Shown piece by piece: positions 12,801 to 26,900 of a DNA stretch of 64,000 bases. The first letter of the stretch is position 1, and the number at the start of each line of letters is the position of its first letter. Location of the stretch: assembly GCA_964016885.1 (NCBI GenBank), contig OZ024758.1, forward strand, positions 29,698,001 to 29,762,000, read 5' to 3'. A program made the translations under genes and the position numbers. This stretch comes from Eledone cirrhosa. Taxonomy: Eukaryota. The notes under the pieces are model-generated. The model was given only the letters and a program-made list of their open reading frames with translations, did not search any database and was not told the DNA's origin.

Positions 12801-15800
12801 AGTCATGTCAGTCTTTTTGTTGTTCCTATCATAAAATTATTGGAAGTAATGTAAGTCTTTTTGATGTTGCTATCATAAAATTATTGGATGTCATGTAAGA
12901 CTTTTTGTTGTTGGTATCATAAAATTATTGGAAGTCATGTAAGTCTTTTTGTTGTTGGTATCATAAAATTATTGGAAGTCATGTAAGTCTTTTTGTTGTT
13001 GGTATCATAAAATTATTGGAAGTCATGTAAGACTTTTTGTTGTTGCTATCATGAAATTATTGGAAGTCATGTAAGTCTTTTTGTTGTTGGTATCATAAAA
13101 TTATTGGAAGTCATGTAAGTCTTTTTGTTGTTGGTATCATAAAATTATTGGAAGTCATGTAAGTGTTTTTGTTGCAATCATAAAATTTTTGGAAGTAATG
13201 TAAGTCTTTTTGTTGTTGCTATCATAAAATTATTGGAAGTCATGTAAGTCTTTTTGTTGTTGCTATCATAAAATTATTGGAAGTCATATCAGTCTTTCTG
13301 TTGTTGCTATCATAAAATTATTGGAAGTCATATCAGTCTTTTTGTTGTTGTTATCATAAAATTATTGGAATTCATGTAAGTCTTTTTGTTGTTGCTATCA
13401 TAAAATTATTGGAAGTCATATCAGTGTTTTTGTTGTTGCTATCATAAAATTATTGGAAGTAATGTAAGTCTTTTTGATGTTGCTATCATAAAATTATTGG
13501 AAGTCATGTAAGTGTTTTTGTTGTTGCTATCATAAAATTATTGGAAGTAATATAAGTGTTTTTGTTGTTGCTATTATAAAATTATTGGAAGTCATGTAAG
13601 TGTTTTTGTTGTTGCAATCATAAAATTATTGGAAGTCATGTAAGTCTTTTTGTTGTTGCTATCATAAAATTATTGGAAGTCATGTAAGTCTTTTTGTTGT
13701 TGCCATCATAAAATTATTGGAAGTCGTGTAAGTCTTTTTGTTGTTGCTATCATAAAATTATTGGAAGTCGTGTAAGTCTTTTTCTTGTTGCTATCATAAA
13801 ATTATTGGAAGTCATGTAAGTCTTTTTGTTGTTGCTATCATAAAATTATTGGAAGTCATGTAAGTCTCTTTGTTGTTGCTATCATAAAATTATTGGAAAT
13901 CATGTAAGTCTTTTTGTTGTTGCTATCATAAAATTATTGGAAGTCATGTAAAGTCTTTTTGTTGTTGCTATCATAAAATTATTTGAAGTAATGTAAGTGA
14001 TTTTGTTGTTGCTATCATAAAATTATTGGAAGTAATGTAACTCTTTTTGTTGTTGCTATCATAAAATTATTGGAAGTAATGTAAGTCTTTTTGTTGTTGC
14101 TATCATAAAATTATTGGAAGTCATGTAAGTCTTTTTGTTGTTGCTATTATAAAATTATTTGAAAGTCATGTAAGTGTTTTTGTTGTTGCTATCATAAAAT
14201 TATAGGAAGTCATGTCAGTCTTTTTGTTGTTCCTATCATAAAATTATTGGAAGTAATGTAAGTCTTTTTGATGTTGCTATCATAAAATTATTGGATGTCA
14301 TGTAAGACTTTTTGTTGTTGGTATCATAAAATTATTGGAAGTCATGTAAGTCTTTTTGTTGTTGGTATCATAAAATTATTGGAAGTCATGTAAGTCTTTT
14401 TGTTGTTGGTATCATAAAATTATTGGAAGTCATGTAAGACTTTTTGTTGTTGCTATCATGAAATTATTGGAAGTCATGTAAGTCTTTTTGTTGTTGGTAT
14501 CATAAAATTATTGGAAGTCATGTAAGTCTTTTTGTTGTTGGTATCATAAAATTATTGGAAGTCATGTAAGTGTTTTTGTTGCAATCATAAAATTTTTGGA
14601 AGTAATGTAAGTCTTTTTGTTGTTGCTATCATAAAATTATTGGAAGTCATGTAAGTCTTTTTGTTGTTGCTATCATAAAATTATTGGAAGTCATATCAGT
14701 CTTTCTGTTGTTGCTATCATAAAATTATTGGAAGTCATATCAGTCTTTTTGTTGTTGTTATCATAAAATTATTGGAATTCATGTAAGTCTTTTTGTTGTT
14801 GCTATCATAAAATTATTGGAAGTCATATCAGTGTTTTTGTTGTTGCTATCATAAAATTATTGGAAGTAATGTAAGTCTTTTTGATGTTGCTATCATAAAA
14901 TTATTGGAAGTCATGTAAGTGTTTTTGTTGTTGCTATCATAAAATTATTGGAAGTAATATAAGTGTTTTTGTTGTTGCTATTATAAAATTATTGGAAGTC
15001 ATGTAAGTGTTTTTGTTGTTGCAATCATAAAATTATTGGAAGTCATGTAAGTCTTTTTGTTGTTGCTATCATAAAATTATTGGAAGTCATGTAAGTCTTT
15101 TTGTTGTTGCCATCATAAAATTATTGGAAGTCGTGTAAGTCTTTTTGTTGTTGCTATCATAAAATTATTGGAAGTCGTGTAAGTCTTTTTCTTGTTGCTA
15201 TCATAAAATTATTGGAAGTCATGTAAGTCTTTTTGTTGTTGCTATCATAAAATTATTGGAAGTCATGTAAGTCTCTTTGTTGTTGCTATCATAAAATTAT
15301 TGGAAGTCATGTAAGTCTTTTTGTTGTTGCTATCATAAAATTATTGGAAGTAATGTAAGTCTTTTTGTTGTTGCTATCATAAAATTATTGGAAGTCATGT
15401 AAGTCTTTTTGTTGTTGCTATCATAAAAATATTGGAAATCACGTAAGTCTTTTTGTTGTTGCTATCATAAAATTATTGGAAGTCATGTAAGTCTTTTTGT
15501 TGTTGCTATCATAAAATTATTGGAAGTCATGTAAGTCTTTTTGTTGTTGGTATCATAAAATTATTGGAAGTCATGTAAGTCTTTTTGTTGTTGCTATCAT
15601 AAAATTATTGGAAGTCATGTAAGTGTTTTTGTTGTTGCTATCATAAAATTATTGGAAGTAATGTAAGTCTTTTTGATGTTGCTATCATAAAATTATTGGA
15701 AGTCATGTAAGACTTTTTGTTGTTGGTATCATAAAATTATTGGAAGTCATGTAAGTCTTTTTGTTGTTGGTATCATAAAATTATTGGAAGTCATGTAAGT

Positions 15801-16800
15801 CTTTTTGTTGTTGGTATCATAAAATTATTGGAAGTCATGTAAGACTTTTTGTTGTTGGTATCATAAAATTATTGGAAGTCATGTAAGACTTTTTGTTGTT
15901 GCTATCATGAAATTATTGGAAGTCATGTAAGTCTTTTTGTTGTTGGTATCATAAAATTATTGGAAGTCATGTAAGTCTTTTTGTTGTTGGTATCATAAAA
16001 TTATTAGAAGTCATGTAAGTGTTTTTGTTGCTATCATAAAATTATTGGAGGTCATATAAGTCTTTTTGTTGTTGCTATCATAAAATTATTGGAAGTCATG
16101 TAAGTCTTTTTGTTGTTGGTATCATAAAATTATTGGAAGTCATTTAAGTGTTTTTGTTGCTATCATAAATTTATTGGAAGTGATGTAAGTGTTTTTGTTG
16201 TTGCTATCATAAAATTATTAGAAGTCATGTAAGTCTTTTTGTTGTTGCTATCATAAAATTATTGGAAGTCATGTAAGTCTTTTTGTTGTTGCTATCATAA
16301 AATTATTGGAAGTCTTGTAAGTCTTTTTGTGGTTGTTATAATAAAATTATTGAAGTCATGTAAGTGTTTTTGTTGTTGGTATCATAAAATTATTGGAAGT
16401 CATGTAAGTCTTTTTGTTGTTGGTATCATAAAATTATTGGAAGTAATGTAAGTCTTTTTGTTGTTGCTATCATAAAATTATTGGTAGTCATGTAAGTGTT
16501 TTTGTTGTTGCTATCATAAAATTATTGGAAGTCATGTAAGTCTTTTTGTTGTTGCTATCATAAAATTATTGGAAGTCTTGTAAGTCTTTTTGTGGTTGTT
16601 ATAATAAAATTATTGAAGTCATGTAAGTGTTTTTGTTGTTGGTATCATAAAATTATTGGAAGTCATGTAAGTCTTTTTGTTGTTGCTATCATAAAATTAT
16701 TGGAAGTCATGTAAGTCTTTTTGTTGTTGTAATCATAAAATTATTGGAAGTCATGTAAGACTTTTTGTTGTTGCTATCATGAAATTATTGGAAGTCATGT
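900..16800. repeat. Copy A of a ~16 kb intra-array segmental duplication (partner ~22650-38150)
   Basis: Collinear rare markers: ATACAATT 1001/22735, GAAAGTCCTG 1451/23185 and GAAATCCTG 3421/25155 (offset 21734); CGCG 4651/26472 (21821); AGAGTTTTT 6591/28631, CGCG 9777/31817 and GTAAAG 12541/34581 (22040); TGGTAGTC 16482/37821 (21339). Confidence 0.88.
12470..15285. repeat. Tandem duplication of a 32-monomer (1407 bp) block
   Basis: GTAAAG insertion at 12541/13948 and private TGCCATC at 13701/15108, both with offset 1407. Confidence 0.9.
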
Positions 16801-17999
16801 AAGTCTTTTTGTTGTTGCTATCATAAAATTATTGGAAGTAATGTAAGTCTTTTTGTTGTTGCTATCATACAATTATTGGAAGTCATGTAAGTCTTTTTGT
16901 TGTTGCTATCTTAAAATTATTGGAAGTAATGTAAGTCTTTTTGTTGTTGCTATCATAAAATTATTGGAAGTCATATCAGTCTTTTTGTTGTTGCTATCAT
17001 AAAATTATTGGAAGTCATGTAAGTCTTTTTGTTGTTGCTATCATAAAATTATTGGAAGTCATGTAAGTCATTTTGTTGTTGCTATCATAAAATTATTGGA
17101 AGTCATGTAAGTCTTTTTGTTGTTGCTATCATAAAATTATTTGAAGTAATGTAAGTGTTTTTGTTGTTGCTATCATAAAATTATTGGAAGTAATGTGTCT
17201 TTTTGTTGTTGCTATCATAAAATTATTGGAAGTAATGTAAGTCTTTTTGTTGTTGCTATCATAAAATTATTGGAAGTCATGTAAGTCTTTTTGTTGTTGC
17301 TATTATAAAATTATTTGAAAGTCCTGTAAGTGTTTTTGTTGTTGCTATCATAAAATTATAGGAAGTCATGTCAGTCTTTTTGTTGTTCCTATCATAAAAT
17401 TATTGGAAGTCATGTAAGTGTTTTTGTTGTTGCTATCATAAAATTATTGGAAGTAATGTAAGTCTTTTTGATGTTGCTCTCATAAAATTATTGGAAGTCA
17501 TGTAAGACTTTTTGTTGTTGGTATCATAAAATTATTGGAAGTCATGTAAGTCTTTTTGTTGTTGGTATCATAAAATTATTGGAAGTCATGTAAGTGTTTT
17601 TGTTGCTATCATAAAATTATTGGAGGTCATATAAGTCTTTTTGTTGTTGCTATCATAAAATTATTGGAAATCATGTATGTCTTTTTGTTGTTGCTATCAT
17701 AAAATTATTGGAAGTCATGTAAGTCTTTTTGTTGTTGGTATCATAAAATTATTGGAAGTCATGTAAGTGTTTTTGTTGCTATCATAAAATTATTGGAAGT
17801 GATGTAAGTGTTTTTGTTGTTGCTATCATAAAATTATTAGAAGTCATGTAAGTCTTTTTGTTGTTGCTATCATAAAATTATTGGAAGTCATGTAAGTCTT
17901 TTTGTTGTTGCTATCATAAAATTATTGGAAGTCTTGTAAGTCTTTTTGTGGTTGTTATAATAAAATTATTGAAGTCATGTAAGTGTTTTTGTTGTTGGT

Positions 18000-20900
18000 A
18001 TCATAAAATTATTGGAAGTCATGTAAGTCTTTTTGTTGTTGCTATCATAAAATTATTGGAAGTCATGTAAGTCTTTTTGTTGTTGCTATCATAAAATTAT
18101 TGGAAGTCATGTAAGTCTTTTTGTTGTTGCTATCATAAAATTATTGGAAGTAATGTAAGTCTTTTTGTTGTTGCTATCATACAATTATTGGAAGTCATGT
18201 AAGTCTTTTTGTTGTTGCTATCTTAAAATTATTGGAAGTAATGTAAGTCTTTTTGTTGTTGCTATCATAAAATTATTGGAAGTCATATCAGTCTTTTTGT
18301 TGTTGCTATCATAAAATTATTGGAAGTCATGTAAGTCTTTTTGTTGTTGCTATCATAAAATTATTGGAAGTCATGTAAGTCATTTTGTTGTTGCTATCAT
18401 AAAATTATTGGAAGTCATGTAAGTCTTTTTGTTGTTGCTATCATAAAATTATTTGAAGTAATGTAAGTGTTTTTGTTGTTGCTATCATAAAATTATTGGA
18501 AGTAATGTGTCTTTTTGTTGTTCCTATCATAAAATTATTGGAAGTCATGTAAGTGTTTTTGTTGTTGCTATCATAAAATTATTGGAAGTAATGTAAGTCT
18601 TTTTGATGTTGCTATCATAAAATTATTGGAAGTCATGTAAGACTTTTTGTTGTTGGTATCATAAAATTATTGGAAGTCATGTAAGTCTTTTTGTTGTTGG
18701 TATCATAAAATTATTGGAAGTCATGTAAGACTTTTTGTTGTTGCTATCATGAAATTATTGGAAGTCATGTAAGTCTTTTTGTTGTTGGTATCATAAAATT
18801 ATTGGAAGTCATGTAAGTGTTTTTGTTGCTATCATAAAATTATTGGAGGTCATATAAGTCTTTTTGTTGTTGCTATCATAAAATTATTGGAAGTCATGTA
18901 AGTCTTTTTGTTGTTGCTATCATAAAATTATTGGAAGTCATGTAAGTCTTTTTGTTGTTGGTATCATAAAATTATTGGAAGTCATGTAAGTGTTTTTGTT
19001 GCTATCATAAAATTATTGGAAGTGATGTAAGTGTTTTTGTTGTTGCTATCATAAAATTATTAGAAGTCATGTAAGTCTTTTTGTTGTTGCTATCATAAAA
19101 TTATTGGAAGTCATGTAAGTCTTTTTGTTGTTGCTATCATAAAATTATTGGAAGTCTTGTAAGTCTTTTTCTGGTTGTTATAATAAAATTATTGAAGTCA
19201 TGTAAGTGTTTTTGTTGTTGGTATCATAAAATTATTGGAAGTCATGTAAGTCTTTTTGTTGTTGGTATCATAAAATTATTGGAAGTAATGTAAGTCTTTT
19301 TGTTGTTGCTATCATAAAATTATTGGAAGTCATGTAAGTGTTTTTGTTGTTGCTATCATAAAATTATTGGAAGTCATGTAAGTCTTTTTGTTGTTGCTAT
19401 CATAAAATTATCGGAAGTCTTGTAAGTCTTTTTGTGGTTGTTATAATAAAATTATTGAAGTCATGTAAGTGTTTTTGTTGTTGGTATCATAAAATTATTG
19501 GAAGTCATGTAAGTCTTTTTGTTGTTGCTATCATAAAATTATTGGAAGTAATGTAAGTCTTTTTGTTGTTGCTATCATAAAATTATTGGAAGTCATGTAA
19601 GCCTTTTTGTTGTTGCTATCATAAAATTATTGGAAGTCATGTAAGTCTTTTTGTTGTTGCTATCATAAAATTATTGGAAGTAATGTAAGTTTTTTGTTGT
19701 TGCTATCATAAAATTATTGGAAGTCATGTCAGTCTTTTTGTTGTTGCTATCATAAAATTATTGGAAGTCATGTAAGTCTTTTTGTTGTTGCTATCATAAA
19801 AATATTGGAAGTCACGTAAGTCTTTTTGTTGTTGCTATCATAAAATTATTGGAAGTCATGTAAGTCTTTTTGTTGTTGCTATCATAAAATTATTGGAAGT
19901 CATGTAAGTCTTTTTGTTGTTGCTATCATAAAATTATTGGAAGTCATGTAAGTCTTTTTGTTGTTGCTATCATAAAATTATTGGAAGTAATATAAGTCTT
20001 TTTGTTGTTGCTATCATAAAATTATTGGAAGTCATGTAAGTCTTTTTGTTGTTGCTATCATAAAATTATTGGAAGTAATATAAGTCTTTTTGTTGTTGCT
20101 ATCATAAAATTATTGGAAGTCATATCAGTCTTTTTGTTGTTGCTATCATAAAATTATTGGAAATCATGTAAGTCTTTTTGTTGTTGCTATCATAAAATTA
20201 TTGGAAGTCATGTAAAGTCTTTTTGTTGTTGCTATCATAAAATTATTTGAAGTAATGTAAGTGATTTTGTTGTTGCTATCATAAAATTATTGGAAGTAAT
20301 GTAACTCTTTTTGTTGTTGCTATCATAAAATTATTGGAAGTAATGTAAGTCTTTTTGTTGTTGCTATCATAAAATTATTGGAAGTCATGTAAGTCTTTTT
20401 GTTGTTGCTATTATAAAATTATTTGAAAGTCATGTAAGTGTTTTTGTTGTTGCTATCATAAAATTATAGGAAGTCATGTCAGTCTTTTTGTTGTTCCTAT
20501 CATAAAATTATTGGAAGTAATGTAAGTCTTTTTGATGTTGCTATCATAAAATTATTGGATGTCATGTAAGACTTTTTGTTGTTGGTATCATAAAATTATT
20601 GGAAGTCATGTAAGTCTTTTTGTTGTTGGTATCATAAAATTATTGGAAGTCATGTAAGTCTTTTTGTTGTTGGTATCATAAAATTATTGGAAGTCATGTA
20701 AGACTTTTTGTTGTTGCTATCATGAAATTATTGGAAGTCATGTAAGTCTTTTTGTTGTTGGTATCATAAAATTATTGGAAGTCATGTAAGTCTTTTTGTT
20801 GTTGGTATCATAAAATTATTGGAAGTCATGTAAGTGTTTTTGTTGCAATCATAAAATTTTTGGAAGTAATGTAAGTCTTTTTGTTGTTGCTATCATAAAA

Positions 20901-21600
20901 TTATTGGAAGTCATGTAAGTCTTTTTGTTGTTGCTATCATAAAATTATTGGAAGTCATATCAGTCTTTCTGTTGTTGCTATCATAAAATTATTGGAAGTC
21001 ATATCAGTCTTTTTGTTGTTGTTATCATAAAATTATTGGAATTCATGTAAGTCTTTTTGTTGTTGCTATCATAAAATTATTGGAAGTCATATCAGTGTTT
21101 TTGTTGTTGCTATCATAAAATTATTGGAAGTAATGTAAGTCTTTTTGATGTTGCTATCATAAAATTATTGGAAGTCATGTAAGTGTTTTTGTTGTTGCTA
21201 TCATAAAATTATTGGAAGTAATATAAGTGTTTTTGTTGTTGCTATTATAAAATTATTGGAAGTCATGTAAGTGTTTTTGTTGTTGCAATCATAAAATTAT
21301 TGGAAGTCATGTAAGTCTTTTTGTTGTTGCTATCATAAAATTATTGGAAGTCATGTAAGTCTTTTTGTTGTTGCTATCATAAAATTATTGGAAGTCGTGT
21401 AAGTCTTTTTGTTGTTGCTATCATAAAATTATTGGAAGTCGTGTAAGTCTTTTTCTTGTTGCTATCATAAAATTATTGGAAGTCATGTAAGTCTTTTTGT
21501 TGTTGCTATCATAAAATTATTGGAAGTCATGTAAGTCTCTTTGTTGTTGCTATCATAAAATTATTGGAAGTCATGTAAGTCTTTTTGTTGTTGCTATCAT
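18000..21600. repeat. Dispersed copy of the ~10330-13900 block (offset 7671)
   Basis: CGGAAG 11741/19412, AAGCCTTTT 11931/19602 and GTAAAG 12541/20212 share offset 7671. Confidence 0.87.
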
Positions 21601-21649
21601 AAAATTATTGGAAGTAATGTAAGTCTTTTTGTTGTTGCTATCATAAAAT

Positions 21650-23900
21650 TATTGGAAGTCATGTAAGTCTTTTTGTTGTTGGTATCATAAAATTATTGGA
21701 AGTCATGTAAGTCTTTTTGTTGTTGGTATCATAAAATTATTGGAAGTCATGTAAGACTTTTTGTTGTTGGTATCATAAAATTATTGGAAGTCATGTAAGA
21801 CTTTTTGTTGTTGCTATCATGAAATTATTGGAAGTCATGTAAGTCTTTTTGTTGTTGGTATCATAAAATTATTGGAAGTCATGTAAGTCTTTTTGTTGTT
21901 GGTATCATAAAATTATTAGAAGTCATGTAAGTGTTTTTGTTGCTATCATAAAATTATTGGAGGTCATATAAGTCTTTTTGTTGTTGCTATCATAAAATTA
22001 TTGGAAGTCATGTAAGTCTTTTTGTTGTTGGTATCATAAAATTATTGGAAGTCATTTAAGTGTTTTTGTTGCTATCATAAATTTATTGGAAGTGATGTAA
22101 GTCTTTTTGTTGTTGCTATCATAAAATTATTGGAAGTCATGTAAGTCTTTTTGTTGTTGCTATCATAAAATTATTGGAAGTCTTGTAAGTCTTTTTGTGG
22201 TTGTTATAATAAAATTATTGAAGTCATGTAAGTGTTTTTGTTGTTGGTATCATAAAATTATTGGAAGTCATGTAAGTCTTTTTGTTGTTGGTATCATAAA
22301 ATTATTGGAAGTAATGTAAGTCTTTTTGTTGTTGCTATCATAAAATTATTGGTAGTCATGTAAGTGTTTTTGTTGTTGCTATCATAAAATTATTGGAAGT
22401 CATGTAAGTCTTTTTGTTGTTGCTATCATAAAATTATTGGAAGTCTTGTAAGTCTTTTTGTGGTTGTTATAATAAAATTATTGAAGTCATGTAAGTGTTT
22501 TTGTTGTTGGTATCATAAAATTATTGGAAGTCATGTAAGTCTTTTTGTTGTTGCTATCATAAAATTATTGGAAGTCATGTAAGTCTTTTTGTTGTTGTAA
22601 TCATAAAATTATTGGAAGTCATGTAAGACTTTTTGTTGTTGCTATCATGAAATTATTGGAAGTCATGTAAGTCTTTTTGTTGTTGCTATCATAAAATTAT
22701 TGGAAGTAATGTAAGTCTTTTTGTTGTTGCTATCATACAATTATTGGAAGTCATGTAAGTCTTTTTGTTGTTGCTATCTTAAAATTATTGGAAGTAATGT
22801 AAGTCTTTTTGTTGTTGCTATCATAAAATTATTGGAAGTCATATCAGTCTTTTTGTTGTTGCTATCATAAAATTATTGGAAGTCATGTAAGTCTTTTTGT
22901 TGTTGCTATCATAAAATTATTGGAGGTCATGTAAGTCATTTTGTTGTTGCTATCATAAAATTATTGGAAGTCATGTAAGTCTTTTTGTTGTTGCTATCAT
23001 AAAATTATTTGAAGTAATGTAAGTGTTTTTGTTGTTGCTATCATAAAATTATTGGAAGTAATGTGTCTTTTTGTTGTTGCTATCATAAAATTATTGGAAG
23101 TAATGTAAGTCTTTTTGTTGTTGCTATCATAAAATTATTGGAAGTCATGTAAGTCTTTTTGTTGTTGCTATTATAAAATTATTTGAAAGTCCTGTAAGTG
23201 TTTTTGTTGTTGCTATCATAAAATTATAGGAAGTCATGTCAGTCTTTTTGTTGTTCCTATCATAAAATTATTGGAAGTCATGTAAGTGTTTTTGTTGTTG
23301 CTATCATAAAATTATTGGAAGTAATGTAAGTCTTTTTGATGTTGCTCTCATAAAATTATTGGAAGTCATGTAAGACTTTTTGTTGTTGGTATCATAAAAT
23401 TATTGGAAGTCATGTAAGTCTTTTTGTTGTTGGTATCATAAAATTATTGGAAGTCATGTAAGTGTTTTTGTTGCTATCATAAAATTATTGGAGGTCATAT
23501 AAGTCTTTTTGTTGTTGCTATCATAAAATTATTGGAAATCATGTATGTCTTTTTGTTGTTGCTATCATAAAATTATTGGAAGTCATGTAAGTCTTTTTGT
23601 TGTTGGTATCATAAAATTATTGGAAGTCATGTAAGTGTTTTTGTTGCTATCATAAAATTATTGGAAGTGATGTAAGTGTTTTTGTTGTTGCTATCATAAA
23701 ATTATTAGAAGTCATGTAAGTCTTTTTGTTGTTGCTATCATAAAATTATTGGAAGTCATGTAAGTCTTTTTGTTGTTGCTATCATAAAATTATTGGAAGT
23801 CTTGTAAGTCTTTTTGTGGTTGTTATAATAAAATTATTGAAGTCCTGTAAGTGTTTTTGTTGTTGGTATCATAAAATTATTGGAAGTCATGTAAGTCTTT
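21650..23900. repeat. Dispersed copy of the ~15750-18000 block (offset ~5868)
   Basis: GGTAGTC 16483/22351, ATACAA 16867/22735 and GCTCTC 17476/23344 (5868); CATTTAAG 16141/22053 (5912, one monomer more). Confidence 0.87.
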
Positions 23901-26900
23901 TTGTTGTTGGTATCATAAAATTATTGGAAGTAATGTAAGTCTTTTTGTTGTTGCTATCATAAAATTATTGGAAGTCATGTAATTGTATTTGTTGTTGCTA
24001 TCATAAAATTATTGGAAGTCATGTAAGTCTTTTTGTTGTTGCTATCATAAAATTATTGGAAGTCTTGTAAGTCTTTTTGTGGTTGTTATAATCAAATTAT
24101 TGAAGTCATGTAAGTGTTTTTGTTGTTGGTATCATAAAATTATTGGAAGTCATGTAAGTCTTTTTGTTGTTGCTATCATAAAATTATTGGAAGTCATGTA
24201 AGTCTTTTTGTTGTTGCTATCATAAAATTATTGGAAGTCATGTAAGTCTTTTTGTTGTTGCTATCATAAAATTATTGGAAGTAATGTAAGTTTTTTGTTG
24301 TTGCTATCATAAAATTATTGGAAGTCATGTCAGTCTTTTTGTTGTTGCTATCATAAAATTATTGGAAGTCATGTAAGTATTTTTGTTGTTGCTATCATAA
24401 AAATATTGAAAGTCACGTAAGTCTTTTTGTTGTTGCTATCATAAAATTATTGGAAGTCATGTAAGTCTTTTTGGTGTTGCTATCATAAAATTATTGGAAG
24501 TCATGTAAGTCTTTTTGTTGTTGCTATCATAAAATTATTGGAAGTCATGTAAGTCTTTTTGTTGTTGCTATCATAAAATTATTGGATGTCATGTAAGTCT
24601 TTTTGTTGTTGCTATCATAAAATTATTGGAAGTCATGTAAGTCTTTTTGTTGTTGCTATCATAAAATTATTGGAAGTAATGTAAGTCTTTTTGTTGTTGC
24701 TATCATACAATTATTGGAAGTCATGTAAGTCTTTTTGTTGTTGCTATCTTAAAATTATTGGAAGTAATGTAAGTCTTTTTGTTGTTGCTATCATAAAATT
24801 ATTGGAAGTCATATCAGTCTTTTTATTGTTGCTATCATAAAATTATTGGAAGTCATGTAAGTCTTTTTGTTGTTGCTATCATAAAATTATTGGAAGTCAT
24901 GTAACTCATTTTGTTGTTGCTATCATAAAATTATTGGAAGTCATGTAAGTCTTTTTGTTGTTGCTATCATAAAATTATTTGAAGTAATGTAAGTGTTTTT
25001 GTTGTTGCTATCATAAAATTATTGGAAGTAATGTGTCTTTTTGTTGTTGCTATCATAAAATTATTGGAAGTAATGTAAGTCTTTTTGTTGTTGCTATCAT
25101 AAAATTATTAGAAGTCATGTAAGTCTTTTTGTTGTTGCTATTATAAAATTATTTGAAATCCTGTAAGTGTTTTTGTTGTTGCTATCATAAAATTATAGGA
25201 AGTCATGTCAGTCTTTTTGTTGTTCCTATCATAAAATTATTGGAAGTCATGTAAGTGTTTTTGTTGTTGCTATCATAAAATTATTGGAAGTAATGTAAGT
25301 CTTTTTGATGTTGCTATCATAAAATTATTGGAAGTCATGTAAGACTTTTTGTTGTTGGTATCATAAAATTATTGGAAGTCATGTAAGTCTTTTTGTTGTT
25401 GGTATCATAAAATTATTGGAAGTCATGTAAGTCTTTTTGTTGTTGGTATCATGAAATTATTGGAAGTCATGTAAGACTTTTTGTTGTTGCTATCATGAAA
25501 TTATTGGAAGTCATGTAAGTCTTTTTGTTGTTGGTATCATAAAATTATTGGAAGTCATGTAAGTCTTTTTGTTGTTGGTATCATAAAATTATTGGAAGTC
25601 ATGTAAGTGTTTTTGTTGCTATCATAAAATTATTGGAGGTCATATAAGTCTTTTTGTTGTTGCTATCATAAAATTATTGGAAATCATGTATGTCTTTTTG
25701 TTGTTGCTATCATAAAATTATTGGAAGTCATGTAAGTCTTTTTGTTGTTGGTATCATAAAATTATTGGAAGTCATGTAAGTGTTTTTGTTGCTATCATAA
25801 AATTATTGGAAGTGATGTAAGTGTTTTTGTTGTTGCTATCATAAAATTATTAGAAGTCATGTAAGTCTTTTTGTTGTTGCTATCATAAAATTATTGGAAG
25901 TCATGTAAGTCTTTTTGTTGTTGCTATCATAAAATTATTGGAAGTCTTGTAAGTCTTTTTGTGGTTGTTATAATAAAATTATTGAAGTCATGTAAGTGTT
26001 TTTGTTGTTGGTATCATAAAATTATTGGAAGTCATGTAAGTCTTTTTGTTGTTGGTATCATAAAATTATTGGAAGTAATGTAAGTCTTTTTGTTGTTGCT
26101 ATCATAAAATTATTGGAAGTCATGTAATTGTATTTGTTGTTGCTATCATAAAATTATTGTAAGTCATGTAAGTCTTTTTGTTGTTGCTATCATAAAATTA
26201 TTGGAAGTAATGTAAGTCTTTTTGTTGTTGCTATCATAAAATTATTGGAAGTCATGTAAGTCTTTTTGTTGTTGCTATCATAAAATTATTGGAAGTCATG
26301 TAAGTCTTTTTGTTGTTGCTATCATAAAATTATTGGAAGTAATGTAAGTTTTTTGTTGTTGCTATCATAAAATTATTGGAAGTCATGTCAGTCTTTTTGT
26401 TGTTGCTATCATAAAATTATTGGAAGTCATGTAAGTATTTTTGTTGTTGCTATCATAAAAATATTGGAAGTCGCGTAAGTCTTTTTGTTGTTGCTATCAT
26501 AAAATTATTGGAAGTCATGTAAGTCTTTTTGGTGTTGCTATCATAAAATTATTGGAAGTCATGTAAGTCTTTTTGTTGTTGCTATCATAAAATTATTGGA
26601 AGTCATGTAAGTCTTTTTGTTGTTGCTATCATAAAATTATTGGAAGTAATATAAGTCTTTTTGTTGTTGCTATCATAAAATTATTGGAAGTCATGTAAGT
26701 CTTTTTGTTGTTGCTATCATAAAATTATTGGAAATCATGTAAGTCTTTTTGTTGTTGCTATCATAACATTATTGGAAATCATGTAAGTCTTTTTCTTGTT
26801 GCTATCATGAAATTATTGGAAGTCATGTAAGACTTTTTGTTGTTGCTATCATAAAATTATTGGAAGTAATGTAAGTCTTTTTGTTGTTGCTATCATAAAA

